Below are positions 9,942-19,458 of a stretch of 64,000 bases of DNA, in pieces. A program made the position numbers and the translations under genes. Numbering within the stretch: the first letter of the stretch is position 1; the number at the start of each line of letters is the position of its first letter. The stretch is taken from positions 15,594-79,593 of IMG/VR virus record IMGVR_UViG_3300029267_001718; one strand, 5' to 3'. The notes beneath the pieces are model-generated. The model did no database searches and was not told the DNA's origin. It saw only the letters and a program-made list of their open reading frames with translations. Source of the stretch: a virus.

Positions 9942-10637
9942 ATGGGAAACTACGTCACTGTCGCTGAAGTCCGAGCATTCAAAATCGCGGGCGAAGTGAT
10001 CGATTTGTCTGCCTACACGGATGACGAAGTGGAGGAACACATCGGTCTTTCGGAATCGTTCGTCGAGGCGATCTGCAATGATATCTTCTACGCGAAAGAT
10101 GAGACGAATCGTTTCGATGGCAACGGTTTGACGCAGCTACATTTTCAACCGTTGGTTGTCTACCCATTGATTTCGATTGTCAGCTGCAAGGATATTGATA
10201 TCGATGGGGCGGAACTGGAAGAGTATGTGGAGGGGGATGACTTTGTTCGATACGATCATTACATTCAGACTGCTCTCGCATTCCCCGAAGATCGCCCGAG
10301 ACGTGGTGTTTTTCGCGGCGGCGTTTGGCCAAAAGGCCAGAAAAATATTGTGGTTGAAGGACGTTGGGGACGTGAAGAAACCCCTCCGGAAATCAAGCGG
10401 GCAGTCATGCTACTGACGTTGGAATCGTTGCAACCGGGATCGACGAAGCAAGTTCCGGTCGACGCACAGCAAATCATTTGGCCTGACTTCACTGTCACGT
10501 TCAAAGGTACGGCGGAAAGCATTGGAATGGAGACTGGTTTTCCTCAAGTTGATCGGTTACTCTACAACTACGTCAACTGGGTGGATCTATTCCAAGTGGT
10601 ATCCGACAAACGTGGAGAACATGACCGTGATTTATAG
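9942..10637 (+). CDS. Head-tail connector/adaptor protein
   Basis: YVTVAEVR N-terminus; WPKGQKNIVVEGRWG.EETPPEIKRA motif typical of gp6/gp15-like adaptors. Confidence 0.7.
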   Translation: MGNYVTVAEVRAFKIAGEVIDLSAYTDDEVEEHIGLSESFVEAICNDIFYAKDETNRFDGNGLTQLHFQPLVVYPLISIVSCKDIDIDGAELEEYVEGDDFVRYDHYIQTALAFPEDRPRRGVFRGGVWPKGQKNIVVEGRWGREETPPEIKRAVMLLTLESLQPGSTKQVPVDAQQIIWPDFTVTFKGTAESIGMETGFPQVDRLLYNYVNWVDLFQVVSDKRGEHDRDL

Positions 10638-11601
10638 AATTCCGAAGTGGTTCGGACGACTCGGCAATAATCTGATTCAGATCAGCAATTGCCTCTGGTC
10701 TGCGTACACGACACACGGGGCGTTTGAGATGCCTGAGCATGATAATATCGCTCAAATCTCGGAACGTTTTTGTATGCCTGGGCAGATCAATCCCGAAGTG
10801 GTTTCGGAAGCGACGGCGGCACAAACGTTTCACGGTCCCCCGCTCAGTGGGCGAACTCCAAAATTCTTTGAGTTCGTTCGTGACGCTGCACGGTCGACGC
10901 TTTATCAGGCGTTGGAATTCCCGCTGAAGAATCAAGATCCGTTGCCTGAGAACACGTTGGTTGTGCACGTGCGGTCGACGGACATTGTGAGGTATCGTCA
11001 ATCGTCAAAAGTCAACAAGACTTACATGTGCAATCCGATCACATTCTTTGACGATGCAGCGAAACAATTCGACCATGTGATTGTTCTCTCTCAATCGGAT
11101 CAGCACCCGTTGCTGACTTATTTTCAGGAACGCGACTGGGAGATCCGGACGGGTGGCACAATCGAAGAGGACGCGGCTCTGATCCTTCGTGCACAAAATC
11201 TTTGTATCGGTAGCACATCGTCATTCAGTGCGATGCTCGGGTTGTGCTCGCAGCATTTGAAACGGATCTACCTGTCTTCGTTGAGTCATCAGCAATGGAA
11301 GTGCCCGATTGATTCGTTTTTCTATCATGTGTCGATTGAGAAGCATTTCTATCTGTACCCGATGCAGTGGATTGAAACACAAAAGAACACGCATGGGGCG
11401 GCATTCCTTCGGATGCTCGTCGAGTTTCCTGTTCGCAAAATGTCGAAGCTGCGGTTCAATCGTCGGCAACTGGTCGACGCGAGTATTCCGAGGCTGATCG
11501 AATGGCAGAAATTTCACAAACGGACGGACAAACCTGATCCCCCATTTCCAGTGAGTCTTGACGTGGAAAAACCACCCGAAGGTGAGTCCGATGCTGTATA
11601 G
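10621..11601 (+). CDS. Glycosyltransferase, GT11 (alpha-1,2-fucosyltransferase)-like
   Basis: GRLGNNLIQ...VVHVRSTD...D.ALILRAQNLCIGSTSSFS. Confidence 0.65.
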   Translation: MTVIYRIPKWFGRLGNNLIQISNCLWSAYTTHGAFEMPEHDNIAQISERFCMPGQINPEVVSEATAAQTFHGPPLSGRTPKFFEFVRDAARSTLYQALEFPLKNQDPLPENTLVVHVRSTDIVRYRQSSKVNKTYMCNPITFFDDAAKQFDHVIVLSQSDQHPLLTYFQERDWEIRTGGTIEEDAALILRAQNLCIGSTSSFSAMLGLCSQHLKRIYLSSLSHQQWKCPIDSFFYHVSIEKHFYLYPMQWIETQKNTHGAAFLRMLVEFPVRKMSKLRFNRRQLVDASIPRLIEWQKFHKRTDKPDPPFPVSLDVEKPPEGESDAV

Positions 11602-11986
11602 CGTTTATCCTCTCTACGGAATGGTCAACAAGATGACCGTGGTTCGCATCGCCAACGCGGATGACGGAGCGGGTGGGTTGACTCCAAGCGGATCGGAAAC
11701 AGTGATCTATGAGGATCGCGACTGTCGGATCGCGTTGATGAGCGACGAGGATCAACAGCAACTTTTCGGCAACGCATCTCGCTACCGTTGGAAGTGCTTG
11801 TGTCCCTATTCTCCGGATATTCAAAAGTCTGATTTCATTCGCATCGCTGCGGGTGCGTATCCGTACGACTTGACAGGACAAACCGACTATCGAGTTTGTT
11901 GGGTGAGACCGCAACAAGACGACCGTGGTGGATTGCACCACACGTCTTTCGTGATGGAGTTGGAAGACCAAGATACGGGTGTCTGA
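11591..11986 (+). CDS. Head closure/head-tail joining protein
   Basis: Size and position; DDGAGG motif; beta-rich sequence. Confidence 0.6.
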   Translation: MLYSVYPLYGMVNKMTVVRIANADDGAGGLTPSGSETVIYEDRDCRIALMSDEDQQQLFGNASRYRWKCLCPYSPDIQKSDFIRIAAGAYPYDLTGQTDYRVCWVRPQQDDRGGLHHTSFVMELEDQDTGV

Positions 11987-12501
11987 TGGCGACTGGGTTC
12001 TTCATTACTGAAATCGGGATAGACCGTGCAGCCCGAACGCTCGCGAAGTGGGCGAAGTTCGCTCCGATGGTCACGGCTCAAGCTATGCACACGTCGGCGG
12101 AAATGATCCTCGTTCCAGGTATCCGAGCGGAAATCCGGAAGAATCGGTCGATCTTTCGGGGGCAACTCTCACAAAAAGTCGACGTGCGTGCTATCGTCGT
12201 CGGCGGGAACCCGGGCGTGGAGGTTGGGTCTTTGGGGGTTCCATACGGGGAAGCTGTGGAAAAGGGCACGAAGCCGCATTCTGCCGACATGTCGAAATTG
12301 GTACAATACGCCCAGAAAAAGATGGGGGCGACGGGGGATCGTGCGATATCATTGGCGGCAGCGATTCATGCGACAATCGAAGAGGAAGGGACCAAACCGC
12401 ACCCGTTCATTATCCCTGCGTGGGTGGCTCTGAAGGATCTGTACTACAGAGACACTGTGCGGCGTTTGCGGACACTCTTTTTAGGACTGGCGTCTGTCTA
12501 A
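11986..12501 (+). CDS. HK97 gp10-like neck protein
   Basis: PYGEAVEKGTKPH...GTKPHPFIIPA. Confidence 0.7.
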   Translation: MATGFFITEIGIDRAARTLAKWAKFAPMVTAQAMHTSAEMILVPGIRAEIRKNRSIFRGQLSQKVDVRAIVVGGNPGVEVGSLGVPYGEAVEKGTKPHSADMSKLVQYAQKKMGATGDRAISLAAAIHATIEEEGTKPHPFIIPAWVALKDLYYRDTVRRLRTLFLGLASV

Positions 12502-12959
12502 TGGAACATCAGGAAAAGCTCAACAAAGCGATTGCGGACGTTCTACGAGCGGATACCGGGGCGGGGTCACTGGTTGAACTGACAGGGCACACTCCGACGA
12601 ACATCCGGATAGCTCGTGATACCCCACCCGTGAAGGGCATGAAGCCGTTTCTGGGGTTCCGGATTGGTCCCTCGGTTCCACTGAACAACGAGACCACGTT
12701 TCTGCAGGAATCACGTGTTGAATTCTGTTGCTGCAGTACACAGGAATTGACGGCAATGCGGATTGCCGATAGACTTGAGGAATTGGTGCACAACACCACC
12801 CCCGCGAGCTATTGGAATTTTTCCAACGGCGACATTAGCAACCGTTCAACACGGTTCGCGAATCGCGGAAAATCGATGCACGACGAAGATACGGATGTGT
12901 GGACTGTCCAAGTGGATTTGGATCTGATCTGGTATGGTCAGCCTTGTCCAGTACCCTAG
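12501..12959 (+). CDS. Tail completion/terminator protein
   Basis: Position between gp10-like and tail tube genes; AMRIADRLEEL motif. Confidence 0.6.
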   Translation: MEHQEKLNKAIADVLRADTGAGSLVELTGHTPTNIRIARDTPPVKGMKPFLGFRIGPSVPLNNETTFLQESRVEFCCCSTQELTAMRIADRLEELVHNTTPASYWNFSNGDISNRSTRFANRGKSMHDEDTDVWTVQVDLDLIWYGQPCPVP

Positions 12960-12973
12960 TTGGAGGGTTTTTC

Positions 12974-13453
12974 ATGCCGAATGCCGACAACATTATCATC
13001 GGGGCGGCTCAAGTCTCCATCGGTGGTAGCGATGTGGGCTACACCAAGGGCGGTGTCACTGTTCGGTACGAACCTGAGTTTGTCGATGTCATTGCGGATC
13101 AGGCCGTTGGCGTGGTTCGCAAGGGTCGCTCTCTGGAACGTATGTACGTGATGACCACCTTGCTGGAAGTGACGTTGAATCAGATTCGACTCGCTTTCAT
13201 GCAGCCCCAGGCAAACCTCTCAGGGCAAACTCTCACGCTTGGCTACGATGATTCGTGTTGGGTGGACGAAGTTGCAATCGTGTTGGTTGGCGTAGGTCCG
13301 TCTTGCGGGACGCGTACCTTCACCTTCAGCAAGTGCGTGACGTTCGGAACTCGCGAATACACAATGCAGCGTGAAGAGGAAACTGCTTTCGAGGTTGAGT
13401 TCGAAATTCTGAAGGACTCCAATGGAGCCTTCGGGACAATCGTGGACTCCTAA
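12974..13453 (+). CDS. Major tail tube protein
   Basis: DVGYTKGGV.VRYEP...VIADQ...TTLLEVTL...FEVEFEIL. Confidence 0.75.
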   Translation: MPNADNIIIGAAQVSIGGSDVGYTKGGVTVRYEPEFVDVIADQAVGVVRKGRSLERMYVMTTLLEVTLNQIRLAFMQPQANLSGQTLTLGYDDSCWVDEVAIVLVGVGPSCGTRTFTFSKCVTFGTREYTMQREEETAFEVEFEILKDSNGAFGTIVDS

Positions 13454-13466
13454 AAAGGAGGGAGTC

Positions 13467-13709
13467 ATGGCGTCATCTGAATTTGGCAATGCGGTTCAAT
13501 CTGAGTTGCAAGCACTCGGAATCAACACGCAGCCTGAAGTTCAAGACTTTCGTGTTCCCGGTGAACGCCGGAATGAACAAAAGACTCCAACGGCGGGCGA
13601 CATGCACACCGTAATCACGAACATCCAAGCTGCTCGCGGGCAGTATTGGATTTCGCGAAAGCGGATGCGACATGACGCTTTGCGGTTGTTGCACGAAGGT
13701 CAACTCTAG
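13467..13709 (+). CDS. Hypothetical protein
   Basis: AAGGAGG RBS. Confidence 0.5.
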   Translation: MASSEFGNAVQSELQALGINTQPEVQDFRVPGERRNEQKTPTAGDMHTVITNIQAARGQYWISRKRMRHDALRLLHEGQL

Positions 13710-13774
13710 TTCTGTGCACCCGGGGACACTCGGGAGCTTTACTAAAATTGCGACACGTAGCAAGGGAGTCCAAA

Positions 13775-14149
13775 ATGGGACACGATTATGCTACCAGTGG
13801 TGCGAGCAACAACATGGGCGACTTCACGGTCACCAAGTCGAACCCGGGGACGACGGTCGTTCGTTTCACGGTCAGCGACGGTTGCTCCCGTCTCACCACT
13901 TCCAAGATGATTCGTGCGGTCCTGGCCGATGCTATCGACCAGTGGATTGCTGACGAACGCAGCGATCTCGATGCGAACGGTGACGCGAGCGTCAAGGGTT
14001 CGGACGAGTATCCTCTGCCGGGCGATGGCTTCAGTGCCTTCACGTGGAACTTCAGCGGCAAGTACGCGGAAGTGACGCTGACTGCTCTGACGAACATCAG
14101 CACGAGCGGCGATATCACCGTCTCGATTCCGTACGCGGACGTAGCCTAA
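13775..14149 (+). CDS. Hypothetical (probable virion) protein
   Basis: GGAG RBS; followed by a hairpin at 14150-14176. Confidence 0.55.
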   Translation: MGHDYATSGASNNMGDFTVTKSNPGTTVVRFTVSDGCSRLTTSKMIRAVLADAIDQWIADERSDLDANGDASVKGSDEYPLPGDGFSAFTWNFSGKYAEVTLTALTNISTSGDITVSIPYADVA

Positions 14150-14193
14150 GCACTGCGGGGTAATTCCCGCACGTGCTGACGGAGGTAAAGATT

Positions 14194-14487
14194 ATGAGTA
14201 CGACGGACAAACCGAAAACTTCTTTCCGAACTAAGAACCTGAACGAAGCGGCATTCATCTGGTCACAAGACGGCGTGGATCTGAAGAACGTTCAGGGAAA
14301 ACAGGGTCGTGGCACAACGATCTATTTCCACTTCGATGTGGAAATGTCGGAAGAGGAATTGACGAAGATACTGATAGACTACGCAAATGGAAAAACGCTG
14401 GTTGAACCCCTAGCATTCTGCGAAAGTTTGCGGAAACTTCGCGATGCTCTACACGGCGGTCTCCAGCATCACCGAAAGTCGAAGTGA
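14194..14487 (+). CDS. Hypothetical protein (DUF5659-like)
   Basis: GGAGG RBS; FRTKNLNEAAFI pattern. Confidence 0.45.
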   Translation: MSTTDKPKTSFRTKNLNEAAFIWSQDGVDLKNVQGKQGRGTTIYFHFDVEMSEEELTKILIDYANGKTLVEPLAFCESLRKLRDALHGGLQHHRKSK

Positions 14488-14945
14488 TGTCTGACGCTGA
14501 TACTGTTGAACTGACCGAATCGGAGCGAATGGCGAACGTTGGCGTTCCGGTCGAAACGAAGAAACTCGGTACGATTCGCGTACGCGAATTGACTCTTGAG
14601 TCGCTGCTAGGATTGTCAACCGACATTGCGGTTCTTCTGCAAGCCATGCAGGACGAACGCAAAACGTCGGACGACGCTGACGGGTTGGGATTCCTAGCAA
14701 TTCTCGCGACGAACCCGAACACTCAGGAAGGGTTGCGACGAATCGCGTCTGCAGCGACTAGCGAGCCTATGGATTCCTTCAAAGAGATGGGAATCGGCGA
14801 CTGGTTGAAGATCTCGGTCGCACTGAAGGAAGTCATGGATTGGGAGGAACTGCGGGGCCTTTTTACGCAGCTGATTCCACCGAAGACCTTTACGGCTCTG
14901 CGGGAGGGATTCGCGGCGGCGACAAGCGAGCCCTCGCAAAGCTGA
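14487..14945 (+). CDS. Tail assembly chaperone (gpG-like)
   Basis: Position between tail tube and tape measure genes; overlapping -1 frame ORF. Confidence 0.65.
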   Translation: MSDADTVELTESERMANVGVPVETKKLGTIRVRELTLESLLGLSTDIAVLLQAMQDERKTSDDADGLGFLAILATNPNTQEGLRRIASAATSEPMDSFKEMGIGDWLKISVALKEVMDWEELRGLFTQLIPPKTFTALREGFAAATSEPSQS

Positions 14946-15211
14946 TCGATTCCTTTGCATCGGAGTATGGTTGGACGCTGCAACAAATCCTGTCGCACAC
15001 AATTTTTCAGCTGAATCGATTGAGTTGGGCGGGTTTGGTTCGGCGTGCACAAAACCGGAAGGAAATGTCGAACGACTTCCGCACTGCACAACACGCAGAC
15101 CGGAGAGAATTCGATACGTACGTTGGACGTTTTGACCAAGTGGGTGATGTCAAATCGGACGAACCTGTTAGTGAAAACTTGCCTGACGGTTTGTTGTATT
15201 CCAAAGGGTAA
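14858..15211 (+). CDS. Tail assembly chaperone C-terminal extension (gpGT-like, -1 frameshift product)
   Basis: -1 frame ORF with no good start; LIDSFASEYGWTLQQIL motif; candidate slip site C CTT TTT at 14858-14864. Confidence 0.55.
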   Translation, partial: PFYAADSTEDLYGSAGGIRGGDKRALAKLIDSFASEYGWTLQQILSHTIFQLNRLSWAGLVRRAQNRKEMSNDFRTAQHADRREFDTYVGRFDQVGDVKSDEPVSENLPDGLLYSKG

Positions 15212-15214
15212 TCG

Positions 15215-18200
15215 ATGGCACTCGGCGAAGCAGTTCTACGAATCTGGGCAAACGTTCGCGGTCTGCAAGCGGGATTAGCTGCGGGGACTGCGAAACTCAA
15301 AGCGTTTAGTGCATCGGTTTCCAAAGTCGGTGCTTCGCTGACCGCTCTCGGTGCGTCTGCTGCAGCGACGGGTGCGATCCTTCTTGGTGCTCTATCGCCG
15401 ATTGTCGTCGTTGGGGCGAAGTTTGAGAAAACCATGTCAGCCGTGAAAGCGGTTGTGGGCGATCTCGCTCCCGCTGCCGAGAACGCGGGCAAAAACTTCG
15501 ACAAACTACGTGCGAAGGCTCAAGAGCTCGGCAAAACGACTGCATGGTCCGCATCGCAAGTCGCGGAAGCGATGAAGTTTCTCGGGTTGGCGGGTTTTCG
15601 GACGATTGACATTCTCAACGGCGTGGAGGCAACGTTGAATCTTGCCTCTGCGGGGGCACTAGATCTTGCCCGAGCGTCTGATATTGCGTCGGATACTCTG
15701 ACTGCGTTCCGGATGAATGCAGCGGACCTAAATCGTGTCGCGGATGTTCTAGCGATCACGCAAGCTAGTGCGAACACGACGGTCGAAATGCTCGGCGAGT
15801 CGATGAAATATGCAGCCACGGTTTCGGCTGCGTACGGTCAATCTCTTGAAGACACTGCAGTAATTCTCGGGTTGCTTGGAAACGCTGGTCTTAAAGCGAG
15901 CATCGCAGGGACCACGTTTGCGAATATGCTGCAGATGCTCACGAAAAACGCGGATCGTGCTGATCGCATTATGCGGAAGTACGGGTTGACGTTTGAAGAT
16001 ATCGATCCGTTGCTGCACTCAATCACTGACATTATGCGAACGCTCGACAAGGCGGGCGTTAGTGCGGCTGATGTCTTCGACATGTTCGGGAAACGAGCTT
16101 TCAAGGGCGTCCAGGCTGTCTTGGGGCAGATGGAACAAATGGAGTTGTTGGAGCGGGCTATCAACGGGTCAAAACTCGCAGCTATGGAAATGGCTACGAC
16201 TATGATCGACAACGTTGCTGGAGCTTTCACACTTCTCAAGTCGGCGGTCGAAGGATTTCTGAATGCACTGTTCGACATGATTCGGGCGGATTTGGGAGCG
16301 TTCATTCACAAGGTGACGGAACTGGTTGGCAAGGCCCAAGACTGGGTGATGGCGAACGAAGCAATCGTCAAATCAGTCATCGGTGTTGTTTCGAAAATCG
16401 GGGCGTTTATGCTCGCGGTTGGGGTAGCCCTGATTCCATTCGGCGGGTTTATCGCGTTACTTGGAAAAGCGATTGGTGTGATAGCGTCGGTTGTTGCTGC
16501 GGTCGTTTCGTTCAAAGCAATTCTGATCGGTCTTGCGGTCGGTGCAGTCAGCGGTGTGCTGATTCCGGTCTTCGTTGCGTTGGGTAAAGCGTGGCAAAAA
16601 CTCAAAGAAATTTTTGTTGCGGTCTGGAACGGATTCATTAAGCCGATCATTGTCGGAATGAAGGAAGGATTTGTTGAAGCCTGGAACAAATTCCTCAAGC
16701 CCGCAATTGCACGACTCGGCGAAGCGTTTAAGTCGCTGTTCGCTGAGATCTCGATACTCTTTCAAACGATGGGGCAAGGCGATGGGATCTTCAAGAAAAT
16801 TGCCAGCGTAATCACATCAATGGTTGTGATTGCGGTTGCGGCACTAGTGCACATCATTGAAGTTCTCGTGGTGGTTGTTAAAAGTGCCGTGCAGTCGTTC
16901 ACGGCGTGGAACGATGACTTAATTCGAATGGGGAGACGATTTGGGTGGTGGACTGATAAGGTTAAAACGTCAACTGAACTACTCGCCGAACAGAAGAAAC
17001 AGGCGGCGGAAACTACGAGTCAGTTTGGCGATCTCGCTGCACAAGTTGAGAAAAATATTCACGCCAACAAGAATAAAGTCGCATCGCAACAAAAGATCAT
17101 TGGTCTGCTACAAACGCAGTCCCGTTGGACGGTCAACGAACTGAATCAATTGGAGGAAGAACTTGCGAAGCATGGCGATCTGAAAACGGCGATTGACGAT
17201 CAAGTTAAGGAACGGCAAAAAGATGTCGACGCATTGAAACAACTGATCGACGCGAAGAAAACTCTTGGGATCTCGGCGGCAGCGGAAGAAAAACAATTGA
17301 AAGCTGCAAAGTCGTTGTTGTCTGATGCGTCGTCGGCTCAAAAGCGTTTCAATGAGGACACGAAGGATCTTGTTCGTGAGCAATACCTGTCGGTCGATGC
17401 TGTGCGTGCGGCGAAGGCTGAAATGCAAGCACACACGGAAATGATGGAGGCTGCGGAGCAAGCACAAGGTCGTCTCAAAACTGGGACCGAAAAATTCAAC
17501 GAACTCTATAAGGAATTAACGCAACAAAGTCTTGAGGGATTTGCGGGTGAGATTCAAAAAATTGAGGAAACCCGGGTTGCACAGATTGAACTTACAAAAG
17601 CACGCATTGCGGATCTTCAGGCAATCCGCACGCGGATGGTGGTGCAACGTAAAGCGGCTGATGAAGATATCGCTACACACATCGCCGAACTTGAAGCGGA
17701 ACGTGCTGCGGTGTCGGCAAGCGGTAAAACTACGGCGGAAATCGACGCTAACATTAAGAAATTGTCGGCTGCTCGTAAGGCGGCGAGCGAAGAGTCTGCG
17801 GCGGAAATTGATAAGATCGATGGGGACATTCGGCAAGCTGCAACTGCTCTCGGATTGATTGAGAAACGTGCGGCGGAAAACATTGCAAAGTCGTTGCAAA
17901 AACAATCGGACGCTCGACGAAAACACTTGCGTCAAATGCAGATCGATGATTTGAAGGCCCGTGAGGAAACGGTTGCTGCGGCTCGATTGGAATCTGACGC
18001 GTTGTTGGAAGAAGAACAAAAACGGATTGATAAGCTGTTCGCGACTCATGCGAAAATGAGTCCCGAGGAAATTGCACGCGTTGAAAATCAACGGGCGGAA
18101 GCGATTGCACTGGCTCGGAATAAGGCTGCGAAAATTATCGAAAAAGCGGAAGAGGATCAAGCGGACAAGAAGGAAAAGAAACTGACGGTTGCTGCTCGCG

Positions 18201-19069
18201 AAAAGAAATTGGAAACGGATGTCACGTCGCAACTGGTCAAGCGGGTGCAAACGGTTCAGGATCTCTACATTCTCTATCAAGCGTTGGCGAATATTCGACA
18301 GGCCCAGGAAATGCGGGCGTGGCGTGCGGCGGATGCTGCTCTGAAAATGGAGCAACAAATCGTGACGATGAAGGAACGTCGCACGAAAGCCGAAGCACTT
18401 GGAAACGACGCGGAAGCAACGCGGTTGAACAACCTCATCCAACAGCGGGAACAGCAAGCACTATTCGCTCGGTCGATTGCGGGCAAACGTGCGGGCGAGG
18501 CTGGTTTGGAAGGCATGGCTCATGCGGGGATGTCACAAGAACAAGCCCAACTGAAAAACGTTCTCGATCAAACCGTTCAGAGCATCACGCTCGCACGCGG
18601 GAATTTCAAGATGCTGTTCGACGAAGTCAACGTGATGTTCGGACAAGCACCCGTCAACTGGATTTCATCCTTTCTCACGGCGTGGCACGAGCAAGCCCCG
18701 GCTATGATCGATGCGGTGTCGGCGACGATGGCGAATCTGAAGTTGGAAATGGACCCAACGACGCAGCATTCTCCTTCGCTAGTGCAAGTTTGGAAACAAA
18801 ACGTGCGTGCGGTTTCGGAGGGTGTTGCTGGAATCGGATCGGCGATGCAAAACGCACAGCCACGGTTGCGTGAAGCGGCGTTGTCGCACATGACTCCACG
18901 TATTCGCGGCGTGAGTGCGGGTGGATTTGTCCCCGGGGTTTCTGCGAACGAAATCAACGATAATCGGCAAGTTCAAATGGAAATCCATAGCCAAGTGGAC
19001 TTGGATGATGTACGGAGGAACATTGGCAACGCTCTGAATACTGCCGGAATGAACGCGGAGGGGATCTAA
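15215..19069 (+). CDS. Tail tape measure protein (TP901-type)
   Basis: 1284 aa, Ala-rich; FEKTMSAVKAV...AQELGKTTAWSASQVAEAMKFLGLAGF...LGESMKYAA; long coiled coil. Confidence 0.92.
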   Translation: MALGEAVLRIWANVRGLQAGLAAGTAKLKAFSASVSKVGASLTALGASAAATGAILLGALSPIVVVGAKFEKTMSAVKAVVGDLAPAAENAGKNFDKLRAKAQELGKTTAWSASQVAEAMKFLGLAGFRTIDILNGVEATLNLASAGALDLARASDIASDTLTAFRMNAADLNRVADVLAITQASANTTVEMLGESMKYAATVSAAYGQSLEDTAVILGLLGNAGLKASIAGTTFANMLQMLTKNADRADRIMRKYGLTFEDIDPLLHSITDIMRTLDKAGVSAADVFDMFGKRAFKGVQAVLGQMEQMELLERAINGSKLAAMEMATTMIDNVAGAFTLLKSAVEGFLNALFDMIRADLGAFIHKVTELVGKAQDWVMANEAIVKSVIGVVSKIGAFMLAVGVALIPFGGFIALLGKAIGVIASVVAAVVSFKAILIGLAVGAVSGVLIPVFVALGKAWQKLKEIFVAVWNGFIKPIIVGMKEGFVEAWNKFLKPAIARLGEAFKSLFAEISILFQTMGQGDGIFKKIASVITSMVVIAVAALVHIIEVLVVVVKSAVQSFTAWNDDLIRMGRRFGWWTDKVKTSTELLAEQKKQAAETTSQFGDLAAQVEKNIHANKNKVASQQKIIGLLQTQSRWTVNELNQLEEELAKHGDLKTAIDDQVKERQKDVDALKQLIDAKKTLGISAAAEEKQLKAAKSLLSDASSAQKRFNEDTKDLVREQYLSVDAVRAAKAEMQAHTEMMEAAEQAQGRLKTGTEKFNELYKELTQQSLEGFAGEIQKIEETRVAQIELTKARIADLQAIRTRMVVQRKAADEDIATHIAELEAERAAVSASGKTTAEIDANIKKLSAARKAASEESAAEIDKIDGDIRQAATALGLIEKRAAENIAKSLQKQSDARRKHLRQMQIDDLKAREETVAAARLESDALLEEEQKRIDKLFATHAKMSPEEIARVENQRAEAIALARNKAAKIIEKAEEDQADKKEKKLTVAAREKKLETDVTSQLVKRVQTVQDLYILYQALANIRQAQEMRAWRAADAALKMEQQIVTMKERRTKAEALGNDAEATRLNNLIQQREQQALFARSIAGKRAGEAGLEGMAHAGMSQEQAQLKNVLDQTVQSITLARGNFKMLFDEVNVMFGQAPVNWISSFLTAWHEQAPAMIDAVSATMANLKLEMDPTTQHSPSLVQVWKQNVRAVSEGVAGIGSAMQNAQPRLREAALSHMTPRIRGVSAGGFVPGVSANEINDNRQVQMEIHSQVDLDDVRRNIGNALNTAGMNAEGI

Positions 19070-19458
19070 TGCCGTACCCAACTCTAGCAACGCTCGACGG
19101 AACTGATCTGCCCCCGCAGTTTTCGTATAAGCCGTATGTTCCTCGTAAACGGAACTCGACGACGCCAACGGCAAACGCGGTAGTCGTGCAAGCGAGTAAT
19201 CCTCAAATCGTTCACGGCGACGGGACTTTGGCGTTCACGATTGAAGCCTGTTATCCTTCCGAGTTTCAAACACTCTACGATCTCTACGACACAAGCACCT
19301 TGACTCTCTACACGTTTGAGGGATACTGGGGTGAAGTGTTGGAAGTCTACTTTGCTCGGTTGGATCAACCCGGGGTTCGCGGACGACTCTTCAGCGTCTC
19401 GGGAATGTTCCAAGTGATGTGTGTAACAACCCCGATGGCCGCAGTCTGTAGTCCATGA
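19069..19458 (+). CDS. Distal tail protein-like
   Basis: Small gene coupled directly after the tape measure gene. Confidence 0.5.
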   Translation: MPYPTLATLDGTDLPPQFSYKPYVPRKRNSTTPTANAVVVQASNPQIVHGDGTLAFTIEACYPSEFQTLYDLYDTSTLTLYTFEGYWGEVLEVYFARLDQPGVRGRLFSVSGMFQVMCVTTPMAAVCSP

